Source: Octopus vulgaris (taxonomy: Eukaryota). Taken from it: a stretch of DNA of 64,000 nucleotides. A model generated the notes under the pieces. The model had not been told where the DNA came from. It ran no database searches and saw only the letters and a program-made list of their open reading frames with translations. Where the stretch lies: positions 150,846,001-150,910,000 of the forward strand of contig OX597815.1 of assembly GCA_951406725.2 (NCBI GenBank), written 5' to 3'. Below, one piece after another: positions 14,151 through 27,316 of this stretch (position 1 is its first letter; every line of letters begins with the position of its first letter). Made by a program: the position numbers and the translations under genes.

Positions 14151-15072
14151 TAGTTTTATTTTATAGCGTGCTTTCACTTCACTACCGAGCGCAGCTCTGT
14201 GTGCCTTGGGTATGTGCTGTGATTTGTTGTGATGCTCTGATGGTTATTGTATGGAAAGTGTTCTGCGTAGGATGTGTGCAGTGCCTAGTAGTGCAATTTT
14301 CTGTATGTTATATGCGTTTGTAAGTCCTGGTGTTTTTGTTATGTATTTGTCTGAATATTTTTTTATCATGCCTAATGCACCTACTATGATAGGAATTGTT
14401 TCTGTTTTCAGGTTCCACATTCTAGTTACCTCTATTTCCAGGTCTTTGTATTTTGAGAGTTTCTCCATTTCTTTTAGAGACACGTTGTCATCTGCCGGTA
14501 TTGATACATCAATTAGAAAGCATTTTTTTCTTCATGATCTCTGACAACTATATCTGGTCTGTTGGCCTTAATTTCTCTATCTGTGTGTATCGGCATATCC
14601 CAGAGTATGGTTGCTTTCTCATTTTCTGTGACCTTTTCTGGTGTGTGCCTATACCATCTTTTTTCTGTTGTTATTCCATAATGTTGGCATAGCTTCCAAT
14701 GTATGTAGGTTCCAACTCTGTCATGTCTGTGAATATATTCCTTCTTAGCCAGGACTGGGCAGCTAGAGATAATATGATTTATTGTTTCTTGTCCATCTCC
14801 ACATATTCTGCAGTTACTTGTAATATTTCTTTTCATTACATGTTTTTGGTAATTTCTGGTGGGGAGGCTTTGGTCTTGTGCTGCAATTAAAAATCCCTCT
14901 GTTTCTGCTTTGAGTCCTGAGCTTCTCAACCATTGCTGGGATTTTTCTTTGTCTATTTCTTTTGCGTTTAGTTTAATGCAGTATTTACCATGAAGGGGTT
15001 TTTCTTGCCATCGTTTTATCATGGCTCGTTGCTGTTCTATTTTTAGTTTGGATTTCATTTGTTTTATAGCTT
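14148..15072 (-). mobile_element. R4/Dong-type 3' fragment (CCHC knuckle + RLE + 3'UTR), frameshifted
   Basis: CRICGDGQETINHIISSC, RHD, RPDIVV, KLSKYKDL, IIVGALG...LRRTLSIQ; (TTA)n on both sides. Confidence 0.9.
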
Positions 15073-15084
15073 TTGTTTTATAGC

Positions 15085-15146
<62 letters not shown>

Positions 15147-15164
15147 GTTATTATATTTAAATGT

Positions 15165-16311
15165 AAACAATCAAGATGAAAAGCGTGATTTGATTGTAAT
15201 AGATATTTTAATGGTTGAACGATATTTCGACAGTAAGTCTGTCTTTGTCAAGTTCCAAATAAGAAGAGATAAAAATTCGAAATTATAGAAATTTAAATTC
15301 AAAGTATGAACGAGAGCAACCAGCGTCCATACGTTAATGGAATGACATCATCAGTCTCTAAGTTTCAATTTTATAACAGGCGAAAAGAAAAAGACAGAAA
15401 AAAAGACAGAAAAAAAAGATAGAAGAAAAGAGGAAATAAAAATGAAAAGGGAAAAGAATATTTACTCAAATAGTTTTTTATAAATTTGATGATATTCTCC
15501 TGTCCTTTTATTCATTCCTCCAGGGCGTGATGTTAATAACCCGCAAACATATTATTCCTCATGCATTCTGAGAGGTGAAAGTGAAGCAGATTCGAAATAT
15601 TTTCTGATAATATGCACATTCTAGTCTTTTTCAAAATTACAGCCGTTTGAAACGAAATGTTCGGCAAGTTCTGTCGAACTACTGTTATTGTGCCTGACGT
15701 TGAATCAATGCCCATTAAACCTTTTGTTTAATTGTTCTGTTGTACAACCAACATAAATCAAGTTGTTTCGTGCATTCTGCCGGGTACACCAAATAGGAAT
15801 CTCTACATGTCCCACTTTCTGTATAAGTCATAACATTTCTGTTATGATTCATGATGGAATTCACTTGAGTCATGTTGTTGCACAATGAACAGGGCTTACT
15901 TCTCTTGCGGTTGTTTTTCAAAGTACAGCGTCCAGATACTCCAATGTTCGTTTTCTTGGAGTCAGAAATAGAGGAATGAATAAAATGACAGGAGAATATC
16001 ATCAAATTTATACAAAACTGTTTGATTAGATATTCTTCTTTTTTTTTCATTTTTCTTTCCTCTTTTTTATGTCTTTTTTATCTTCGTTTTTCTGTCATTT
16101 TCTTTTCGCCTGTTATAAAATTGAAATTATAAAAACTGATGATGTCATTCCATCAACGTGTGGACGCTGGTTGCTCTCGTTCATACTTTACATTTAGTTT
16201 TCTATAATTTTGAATTTTTATCACCTCTTATTTTGAACAAGGCAGACTTACTGTTAAATATCGTTCAACCTGTAAAATATCTTTAACAGTCGAATCGCGC
16301 TCTTCGTCTTG

Positions 16312-16312
<1 letters not shown>
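15165..16312 (-). mobile_element. Truncated Penelope-like element: GIY-YIG endonuclease remnant between inverted terminal repeat (pLTR) copies
   Basis: Frameshifted minus translation reads PCSLC...TCRDSYLVY.AECTK/NLIYVGCTTEQLNKRFNGH*...ELAEHF. 15165-15440 is a diverged reverse complement of 16045-16312. Confidence 0.85.
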
Positions 16313-16385
<73 letters not shown>

Positions 16386-16407
16386 CATTATTATTATTAT
16401 TATTATT

Positions 16408-16625
16408 CGGTTATTCCTGGCAGGATTTATGAACTTAGAGTGTTACTACCAGTAGCTTTAGGTTCGATAGTCTTTCAAGTGCGTAGAACACTCCTGATAA
16501 TCTTTCCTATCCCTAAGAGGCGAACTTTTTGTAGAAGTTATACAGAACATTCTATTGCAATCTCCTTCAGCCAATTGTCTATATCTTCGCTTACAGTTCC
16601 CAGTGCACCAATTATTATAGACACA
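16408..16625 (-). mobile_element. R4/Dong-type extreme 3' end, related to 13250-13497
   Basis: Minus frame reads IIGALGTVSEDIDNWLKEIAIECSV*LLQKVRLLGIGKIIRSVLRT*; it abuts (TTA)n. Confidence 0.75.
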
Positions 16626-17789
16626 ACGGTCGTCTGCTGTCAAAAGCCGGTGAGTAAAGGACTGACCATACCGTGGCTTATGATGACCAGACATGCACTG
16701 AGGCTTCGACACCTTCAGCGTTTTCTTAACGGTGAGTGTGTGTCGCCTTTTGTCAGACAGGATTTTCTGCAGTTCGTTTTATTGATTGAGCTACAGTCCT
16801 AGATAAAACGTAGGCCGAGAAAGGTTGCTTGACACCTGAAGTGTCGGCTAGCGCTCATCCTCTGCCAGTCGGGCAATGCGGTCGGTGGAAGTTCCACTAT
16901 GGAGTTCTATAGGGAATTAGTGGTGAGCAAGAGCGACGACATCCTCGGGAAAACTCTGGGCGTCGGGAGGAATCTTTTTCTGGAAGACTTTCGGGCCAGG
17001 GCCTATGGATAATTTCCCGAAATCCTTGGCCTGGCCTGGCCTGGCCTGGCCTGGCCTGACCTGACCTGGAAATGCCGCCGAGGAGCTCTGCCGTTTCGAG
17101 ACAAGCTTTACAAACACAGAAGTGCTGTCTGCACTAGTCCAGTGTCCAGACAATACTGACTTGTGGATCTTTATTGAACAGCTGTTGATGCGTGTACGAT
17201 TCGGTTTTCAACTGAGTCCATCGGGAAGATCACCCTGCTGTTTTTTTTTTTTGTTTTTTTGGTTGAGAAGGAAGGCAATTTTTTCCTGTCTGGTGGCTTT
17301 GCCGAAGGGGAAAGTGTGGTGGATGAGCTTGAAAGGACTGAAGACAGATACTTACCTCTTCGGCCAAGCCCTCATCAGCTTTTTCAAGTTCCGCCAGAAA
17401 AGGAAAGCGATGATGGAGAGGAAAGTTCTGCCCCCAAACCCCACCCACCCCAAACCGCACCTCACCACACCCAATATTTTTGTTGAAAGATGAGTGAATA
17501 TGGCGAGAGTGGCCCGTGAGAATGGTCCTACTCTGAACATTCCTTTGTAAATCAGAAGAGTTGAGAAGGAGAGAGGCACCCCCTGAGGTACCCCTGGTGG
17601 TCGGGGTAACCAGGATGTGTAGAGTTTCTCGGTTGTTCCTCGCTTTGGGGGGATTTTTATTGTTTAATTTTATTGTTGTTTTTGTTATTTATTTTATACA
17701 CGACATTGTGCTAAACCCCATTTATTACTCGTATTGTATTGTATTGTCCCTATCTATTTTGTGTTCGTCCCTTGTGGCCAATAAAGAAA

Positions 17790-17820
17790 ACATTATTATT
17801 ATCATTATTATTATCATCGA

Positions 17821-17859
<39 letters not shown>

Positions 17860-17867
17860 CATTATTA

Positions 17868-17914
<47 letters not shown>

Positions 17915-18079
17915 TTCCTCAACACCATCATTATCAACACCGTCATGCCCATCATTATGGTTATGACTTAAATATCATCATCACCATCATCATTGTGATC
18001 ATCACCGTCATCATCGTCATCATCGTCATCGTGACCCCGATCATCGCCATCACCACCATCACACCATCATCATCATCAC

Positions 18080-18122
<43 letters not shown>

Positions 18123-18510
18123 GCCATTACCATCACAACCATCATTATCATCATCACCATCCTCATCATCATCTTCACCATCATCATCAGTAGCAGCACC
18201 ATCATCGTCGGTATGTCCATTCCTTATAATTATGTTACCACGAATCTACATAGGAAATTTATCTTCAAAGAATTGCCATAATCCGTATTAGCTGCTTTCC
18301 ACATTTTTTTTTCGTTTGTTGCTGTCGTTGCTGCTGTTGTCATCGCTTCTGCTGTTGTTGTTGTTGTTGTTGTTGTTGTTATTTATTTATATATTTATTT
18401 ATGTTGTTGTTGCTACTGCTAATGTTGATAAGGATGTATTTGCCGTTTATCTATTGTCCAGAATATATATATATGTATATATGGAGCAAGCGAAGGAACG
18501 ACATGAAAGG

Positions 18511-18567
<57 letters not shown>

Positions 18568-18592
18568 TTAATAATATTATTAATAATAATAA

Positions 18593-18654
<62 letters not shown>

Positions 18655-18675
18655 ATAATAATAATAATAATAACT
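17790..18675. repeat. Compound trinucleotide microsatellites (TTA, CAT, TTG, TAA, TAG)
   Basis: Direct inspection. Confidence 0.95.
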
Positions 18676-21206
18676 TAGGTTTGCTTATATTGTGAGGTTT
18701 CACAAAATAAGACAAAGACTGGTTATAAAAATCCTATATTTTATTAATCTAAATCACATGCGTACATCGTTAGTATTCAAATCAGCTTTCCTTATTAACG
18801 GAACAGAAGAAGAAGAAAAGAAAAATTGGAGAAATCAGCGGAAAGCTAAATTATCCTTTTACTTCATAAAGCAGGAACGACTTGAAAAATGTAAGGAAAT
18901 ATTCTCTTGCTGTACAGGATTATCTGTAATAAAGCAACGAATGGTGCTGGCAAGTATATCTGTGTATAACGTGTGATTAAGCTTTTTAACACGCTCTATG
19001 ATAATAAAAATAACAATATTTTTTTTTAAGTAGGTAGGTGTAAACATTCGTATGGTCAAGAAATATGCCTGGTAATCTTATAGCTGTGTGTTCAATCCTC
19101 TAGTGTGATACCTTGAACAAATGCATTCTCCTGTACCTTCTACTGATGATTATGAGAAAAGTACGATACATTGAAAAATGCTTAGAAAAATGTTTGGTGA
19201 TTGTTAAACAGGTAGAGACAGGTATCTCTGTGTGGTTAGAAGTGTTTTGTAAATAGACAGATATGAGTTTCAATTTACGGTACGGCACCTTGAGTAAGTG
19301 CATTTAGCTGTAATGTCGAAAATATTAGAATTTCTGGGAAAGCTCGGTCTCAGATCCGAGTCCAGTCATATGTACCAAAATATCTGCGAATTTATGGTCT
19401 CAGAAAGCGTCCATAAGTATAAACCACAATACCTGGGATGTCAAGCCCCTGAGCAAAATACACCAATATTGACCAGAATACCTAGAAATTTCAAGATTCA
19501 AACCAGAATTCGCCAATATGTACCAGAACATCTGGAAATGTTCAACCTCATGCCAGTGTCCAACTGTTGGCTCGATCCAAATTCTTATTAAATTCGGCAC
19601 TAATTATTCTAATTCCAAGCTGTGGTACGATTCCAACTTCTCCAGAGTACATAAAATACATACCGAAATTTCTTCAAATCCATTTCCAACCTCTTAAAAT
19701 ATAAAATATACATATCTGTATGTTGTGTTCCTGTATGTATATATGTAATGTGTGCTTGTGTAAACAAGCACACATCAGATAAGCTTAGAAAGGACTTAAT
19801 TCATACGCTTAATTCCTTTGGTCTTAAGATTATAATTGTGGTCAATCTTACGAAAGGTAGCACGTTCCAGCATACAAACTGTTATAATAAAGAAAACGAG
19901 GCGAGATAGTCACGGTTATGTTGGCATCTGAGTACACAGAACTATTTGATGACGGCTGACCTGAAGGCTATACATCAAGGACATCTAGTGATGCTCAGCA
20001 TTAATTGCTAACCAGATTGAATTAGCGTGCGCCAAGTGGTTCGTGTCCTAAAATTAACACGAAACCATTGATAGGATACGAACTCTCGATTGTTTGCTTG
20101 AATATCCGATAACTTATAAGCTTATCAAGCAGCGCTCATTGTGCTTCACGGTGTTTGGTGTGTGCCATCTGATAAATGAAATCACTGGACACTCGAAGCC
20201 CTAATTTCTCCAACAATGGTTACTAAATTAAATGAATTTCTCCATCCTGGCACGCACAGACATACACACACGTACACTCTCTCACACACACACATACACA
20301 AAGCAAAGTGACTGGACGTTGTTGTCGTTTTAATAGTATTTTGTTTGGGTTGGATATCCACGATGACGAATAAAACTTCATTAATTTTATCTTAACGGTA
20401 GATTTTCTGAATATCTTAGCTTTCTCTTGTTAGATACAAATCACATTCATTTGCAGTTAACTGCTTGTTTTATAATGAGACTTAAGTCTACCACACACAG
20501 ACACATATATATATATATAATCATCTATCCGTATATATAATTACATATATATAATTATATATATAGATATAATTATATACGGGGGTGTATATATATATAT
20601 ATAATTCGATCAATCTATCGATCGAGCTATCTGTCTATATGATCTTTCATTATATGTATGCATGTATGTGTGTCAGAGTGCGTCTGCGCTTGCATATGTG
20701 TGTATGTGTGTATGAGTGCGTGTGAGACTGGATGTGTGGTGTGTTCAATGAAGCGTTTATAAATAAATTTGGTGAACGGTTCAAATGGGAATTGAACTGA
20801 CAAGTTTCGATTCTGGTTGAGTGCTCTACTAATAGAGCTATTGTACCCAACATAAACTCATCTGAATAAAATATATAAATAAAACAGCACTTTATACAAC
20901 ATAAAAACAACACACAAAAACAACACACAAATACACACAAAACTAAAAATGTATAAAAATGTAAAAGAAAAAAGAAAGAAAAGAAAAAGAGAAATTAAAT
21001 GTTTCTTTTCGAAAGCGGAGATTAATGTTGATTCTTTAAATTATATTATTTTGAATGTTCTCAACCCTCTTCAGCGACGCGTGGAACAGGAGATCACGAA
21101 TCATGTGACCTTTGTTTGTTTGATGTGCTTAATGGCCCACAGTTTTATAATAAAATGAACCTATGTAATAAGCTTTTGTGTATATACATATATATATATA
21201 TATATG

Positions 21207-21271
<65 letters not shown>

Positions 21272-21774
21272 CCGAGAACCACTGATTGTAGTAGAGTTAG
21301 TATGTTAATTTACTGGCCAAAACATCGACGGTTCGTTTCCCGCTACTACTACTGCTACTGCTGCTGCTGCAGCCGCTGTGCTAAGTTGCGGGCCAAAATC
21401 GAATCGGCTAAAAAAAAAGACTTTAGTTTTAAAATGGCTGACTTATAATGAGACTGTACGCTTTACCATGATAATCAATGGTCTTGTTGCTACACCTGAT
21501 GTTGCTGCGACCGTTGCTGCTGCTACGACTGCTATCAGTGCTGCAGCTGCTACTGCTTCTGATGCCATTTGTGCTGCCGGTGCCGCTACTGCTGCTATTG
21601 CCACAACTGTTGCTAAAATTGCTGCCGCTGCTTGTGTCTTTCCCTTTTTTTTTTTTCTTTTTCTTCTAGTTGCTGAGACTGAAGGAACAGGTAGGGCCCA
21701 TGACCGCTGCTGTTCTGTTAAAGCCACTCATTGATATTTTGCCATTAATTCTCCATTTTAAATTATTGCAAGCC

Positions 21775-22015
21775 AATACCTGCTGGAAAGACATGACCTA
21801 TGAGAAGGTTCCAGAGGTGCGATGTTCTGGGCAGGAAGGACTAGTGGTTGGTGCCAACCTGAAGGTAAGGCTAGATACATCAAGGGTGACAAGAGATGGA
21901 AAGACAAGTGTCTCGGAGATACCTGAACGGAGGAGGTACGGAGTTGTCCATCTCGAAGGAGTAGACGCCATTATACTTGCGGTTACGAGACTGGCCAATG
22001 CCGAGGAGACGCCAA
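21775..22015 (-). mobile_element. Old L2/Jockey-group LINE 3' remnant (related pieces at ~4400-4690 +, 9640-10020 -, 16640-17610 -)
   Basis: Minus translation includes YNGVYS.E and SFLPRTSHLWNLL..HVFP, typical LINE C-terminal motifs; GVPQG-like sequence near 17580. Confidence 0.55.
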
Positions 22016-22453
22016 GAAATTGTTGTTCTTTTTGTTCATGTAGTCTTTGTTGTGGTCGTCATCATTGTTTTGTTTTTGTTGCTGTTATATTTCATGTCAG
22101 CCCTGATTGGTCAGGCCTCAGATCAAGAGCGTTCTAGTTATGGCTATCCAGTATTTTTCTCAGACATATTACTTAGGAACTCGTTCATTATCTAATGTGT
22201 TCTTTTCAAAGACGCCTGAGCGATAGAGGGAATTTAGTTGCTACTGTTTCTAGCAGTGACGGTACATAGCCACATGATTAGGAGTTCGGACTCACAATTT
22301 TAATGTCGTAGATTCGATTCCTGAACCAAGCAGTATTCCATGTTGCTTCAGTCAAACTCACCTGTAATTGAGTACAAGCCTCACACTTGTGCATCCCCAC
22401 CTCTCTCTCTCTCTCTCTCACTCTCTCTCTCTATCACTCTCTCTCTCTCTTAC

Positions 22454-22498
<45 letters not shown>

Positions 22499-22594
22499 CC
22501 CTCTGTTCTTCGCATCCTTGATGGTACACCGATGTTGAAGGTTGGACAAAGTATTTGTGTCTGTTCGCCACTAAATACAGACCTAAAGTAATCC

Positions 22595-22985
22595 TTTCTA
22601 CTATAGGCACAAAGTCTGAAATTTGAGGAAGTGGGTCAGTCAATTCGATCGATCCCAGGACGCAACTGGTGCTTAATTTATCGATCCCGAAAGGATGAAA
22701 GGCAAAGTCGACCTTGGCGGAATTTGAACTCAGAAAGTTGCGAGGAGCGAACTACCTATTTCTTTACTACCCACAAGGGGTTAAACACAGAGAGGACAAA
22801 CAAGAGCAGACAAACGGATTAAGTCGATTACATCGACCCCAGTGCTTAACTGGTACTTAATTTATCGACCCCGAAAGGATGAAAGGCAAATAGATCTCGG
22901 CGGAATTTGAACTCAGAACGTAACGGCAGACGAAATACGGCTACGTATTTCGCCCGGCGTGCTAACGATTCTGCCAGCTCGTCAT
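22595..22985 (-). mobile_element. SINE family A, dimeric form
   Basis: Two tandem copies of the GCCTTTCATCCTTTCGGG domain joined at the tail sequence. Confidence 0.85.
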
Positions 22986-23331
22986 CTTTACAGACCTAAA
23001 ATAATAAGCAAAAAGTGGTCCAATCGTGGTCATAGTCACTTATGAGTGAAAACAAAGATTTTATTTTCAACAAGTGTAGTGAGCACATAAAGAAAATATA
23101 TCTTCAGTTGACTCGTCATAAGACTGTGTCGATTTCTTGCATGAATCTTCATTGGAGCGGATACAAGCATAGCTGAATAGTTAAGCTGTTCATTTCGCAA
23201 TCATGAGTTCCCTGGTTCAATTCTACTAAATAACTATCTTAGGCTATTGTCTTTACGACAGTCGCAAGTTGATCCAAGCCTTGGGAATGCAATGTGGGTA
23301 AACATCAAATGAATATTCTTGTTTTTTTTTC

Positions 23332-23723
23332 TACTCGTGGCACAAGGGCCGAAATTTGGGGTGAGGGGGCTAGTCGATTAGATCGATCCTAGTACGTAAC
23401 TGGTAATTAATTTATCGACCTCGTAAGGATGAAAAGTAAAGTCAACCTCGGCGAAATTTGAACCCAGAACGTACAGACAGACGAAATACCAATTTCTTTA
23501 CTACCCACAAGGGGCTAAACACAGAGAGGACAAACAAGGACAGACAAACGGATTAAGTTGGTTATATCGACCCCAGTGCGTAACTGGTACTTATTTAATC
23601 GACCCTGAAAGGATGAAAAGCAAACTCGACCTCGGCGGAATTTGAACTCAAAACGTAACGGCAGACGAAATTCCGCCGAGCATTTCGCCCGGCGTGCTAA
23701 CGTTTCTCCAAGCTCGCCGCCTT
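23332..23723 (-). mobile_element. SINE family A, dimeric form
   Basis: Same two-monomer organisation as 22595-22985. Confidence 0.85.
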
Positions 23724-24178
23724 CGCATCAAATGAATATTGCCATTCGAAGGTCAGGCCTTTGACATATCAAGTTAGTCTGATTCGGCTTGTCAATTACA
23801 GATTCAATCTCTTGTTGCTAACATTTCACCACACTTAACTCTCGATTTTTTAGAACATGCAGAATTATCACAATATCTCCATTTATTTTCGTCACATTCG
23901 CTACGTCTTAATCAAATATATATTTTTTTAATGAAGATATTTTATTTTTAAAGACAATATCAACAATTCCGCACTGAAGTGGCAAGCGGTGTTTGGCAAG
24001 CCGACAACACAACGTGATTTCGATCACAGATTAACGAAGGCGTTTATTAATTCTTCCCTGAAATCGTTTAGTCTATTACGAAATGAAAGAATGTAAAATC
24101 ATATAATTCCGAGTTTAAACAATATATACACATACTCGAACACACACATACGCGCACACACACGCACACCACACACAC

Positions 24179-24209
<31 letters not shown>

Positions 24210-25541
24210 AACATACATGTATATATATATATTATATTGCTTGTTTCAGTCATTTGACTGTGGCCATATATATAAATGTGTATGTGTGTATATATTTACC
24301 TATTTAGAACGGAATATAGAGCGACCTGACCAAAAGCGATGCTGGAGAGGGAATTCTAGAGACAAGTGTCTGATGGTGTTCGTCTGTGTTCAATGCAGTA
24401 ATTATTGATTATCAGACAGGAGACTACTTAATACCACAGAAGAGATTAATAATATTTTAATTTTGATCGACTCATTCTGTTGCTATACCAGATAAGATAG
24501 ACACTGACTCGGCCGAACTTAAAAATACTGTATGTATATGTGTGTGTGTGTGTGTTAGAGAAAAATCAAAAGAAAGGCATAACGAGTATCTCAAGTCATT
24601 TAGAATAATTCACTTCAAATTCACTTTACTCTAATTAAATTAAATTATTTTAAATCATTCTAAATGACTTGAGTTACTTGTTCTGCTATGGTTTGATGTT
24701 TCCTCTAATATAATATATACCTGCTATAACAGATTTCTAACACAGATCCCTAGATGGAACCTTAGGTGTGATCTTGGAAGCTAATATTCGACCAACTATA
24801 GCACTTACTCAGCGTATCTATTTGTTCAAATCACAAGTGAACTAAAACCCTCATTCTTTATATATATATATATATTCTTTCATTCTTTCTTTCTATCAGC
24901 CCCTTCAGACTTACATCGTTCTTTCCACTCTTCTTTCTTTCGTTCTCCCTCTCTCAGATTTCCTGTCTTTCTCTTCATTCTCACCTTCTATCCTCTTTCA
25001 CTTCATTCTGTCCCTTTTCTTTTTTCTCGTCTCTCCCTGATTCTTCTATCCTTCTGCCTCTAACTCTCTCCTCTCTCTCCATGTGACCGGTGTTCGACCA
25101 AGCCTGACCTTTCTTTCTTGGTTCGACTACCATCCGTGCAACATATTCCTCCCCATGCCTGTCATCTCCTATGTCCCTGCTGTAAGGCTTCACTTCCGCA
25201 CACGCCAGCTTTATTTTATTCGTCCTTAGTCGAAAGACACATGTTGTTAATGTCCTCTTATTTGCATTTGTATTTGTGTACCATTTCTCCGGTTTTTTTC
25301 CGTCCTTGTTTTCGTATACATTCGCTGCTTTCTTCCAAGGAATCTAGTGCTCTCAGCTTAGTTATTCCTTGGGGCTAGCCAGATTGGAGCAATCTCGAGT
25401 ATAATCAGCAGAAATTGCAAAGATAATTTGTAACTCAACTGAGGAAAGAAAACTCCGAATGACCCGTCCTTGTTTTTCTTTCTCTTTTTTGTAGCATTTG
25501 TCTGGATGTTTTGCGTTCTTGTCCCATTTTTGTATTCCTTT

Positions 25542-25632
<91 letters not shown>

Positions 25633-25636
<4 letters not shown>

Positions 25637-26060
25637 GGGTCAACCCATAAATAATGCGGCTTTTCTAATGCTTCTTTTATTTTTCAAAATTATGATAACA
25701 AAGTTCTTTTTTAATCTACAATATACTCTCCCTCATTTTCTACAATGCTCTTCCGTCTATCTGGTAGACTTGCATGGCACCTCTTCCATAATTCACTTGT
25801 CCGTGTCGAAAAATGCTGCCCCGGTACTGTTCTCACCTCGTCTACAGAATTCATATATTTTCTGTCCAAATGATTTTGAAGACTGCAGAATAAATAATAA
25901 TCAGATAGGGCAATATCCGGCGAATATGATGAGTGAGGCATCGTTTCCCATTCAAATTGCTGCAGCCTTTGAAATATCATCCTTGCTCTATGTGGCCGAG
26001 CATTATCCTGATGGAAGAACACCTTTCGTCTTGAAACCAAAAATGGTCGTTTTTCTTCTT
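25633..26060 (-). mobile_element. mariner (Tc1/mariner) transposon 3' fragment with one TIR
   Basis: HQDNARPH and HSSYSPDIALSDYYLF (YSPDLAPSD-like) motifs; TIR-like gggtcaacccataaataatgcgg next to (TA)n. Confidence 0.9.
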
Positions 26061-26376
26061 GCAGTAGATCTCCTTTGTTATAATTTGGTTTGGATTTAAA
26101 AGTTCAAAGTGTTTAATTTTCGCCGGGAGGAAACTACATTCGTTTTGTTTATTATTTTTATTTTTATTTTTATTTCGTATTTTTATCTGTATTTTTTATC
26201 CTCTTTTATTCTTTAAATTTTTATTCCTTAAATTTTTAAGGTTCATTCATTATCTTTATTTTTATTTTTATTCATTAATTTGTAAAGTAAAATTATGTTA
26301 ACGATTTTTAGTCAAATAATTTCAATCATCATAGAGTTATATAGGATGTAGATAGAGTAATAAATGTGTAGAATCC

Positions 26377-26476
26377 AGACCTGAAGATTGGGAGTACGTC
26401 GATCTAATTGAGTATTGAAATTAGAGACTTTATATCTCAACAACACCGACATACTATCAAGAAACACCTGTTGTCT
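26377..26476 (+). ncRNA. Type I hammerhead ribozyme with extended stem II
   Basis: AGAC-CTGAAGA-ttgggagtacgtcg...cgacatactatcaa-GAAAC-ACCT-GTT-GTCT. Confidence 0.8.
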
Positions 26477-26709
26477 TTAAAATGGAAAGTATGGGATTCT
26501 GAATAGATATAGTATCATATTTAATATTTTATGGCTCGGTCGCGTATAGTATCTTTCAATGTTGATTGAGTTGAGAGTGTTTCTTTCTCTAAAACTACAT
26601 TTATATATGTGAATAAAATATTGAGAGAAGTTCATTTTAGTACCTTTAATTTGAATTCTCATTCCTGTGGACTCGGAATTAATTTCCCTAATAATTATAA
26701 TTATAATTA

Positions 26710-26755
<46 letters not shown>

Positions 26756-26954
26756 TATTGTGCATATAAATAACAAAGTAAGGAGACAAATCCAGATAGT
26801 TATGAATTTAGTCTCAAATTTGGTTCTGACCACACATAGTATTAATTCCAGTTAAAATATTAAATGTAGTAGATCCCGAGAAAATGTAATAAGGTAGACA
26901 ATGGAAACAGATGTAAGAATCCTTTATTTATTTATCCATATAGGTAAAGAATTT

Positions 26955-27069
26955 TCCGACATATGTTTCTGCTTAATTACTAAGAGTATATCTATTTTAA
27001 TTAGTTAGGTAACTAACTAATTAAATAATTGTCAATACAATTTATTAATTAATAAATCATCTTCAGGGA
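26955..27069 (-). ncRNA. Type I hammerhead ribozyme
   Basis: TCC-CTGAAGA-tg(AT-rich arm)ca-GAAAC-ATAT-GTC-GGA. Confidence 0.7.
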
Positions 27070-27230
27070 TTTCAGCAAAATTCCTAGTTACACCATTTTA
27101 AAATATTTATAAACTAAATAATTTAAATCGTTATTACTATTATGAACGCTAAAAAATATTAAAAAATAAAACAAAAATTTGTTATGCCTGATGGAAAGAA
27201 AAATTAATCTCGCAGAACAAATATTGTATG

Positions 27231-27316
<86 letters not shown>

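Noticed and set aside
15705-15707. In-frame TGA in GIY-YIG as selenocysteine (as in Naiad elements)
   Set aside because: It follows the conserved His at a position where Arg is expected, so CGA>TGA decay is simpler; the copy is also frameshifted.
21443-21734. Alanine-rich ORFs on both strands
   Set aside because: Degenerate (GCT)n repeat with no splice or domain support.
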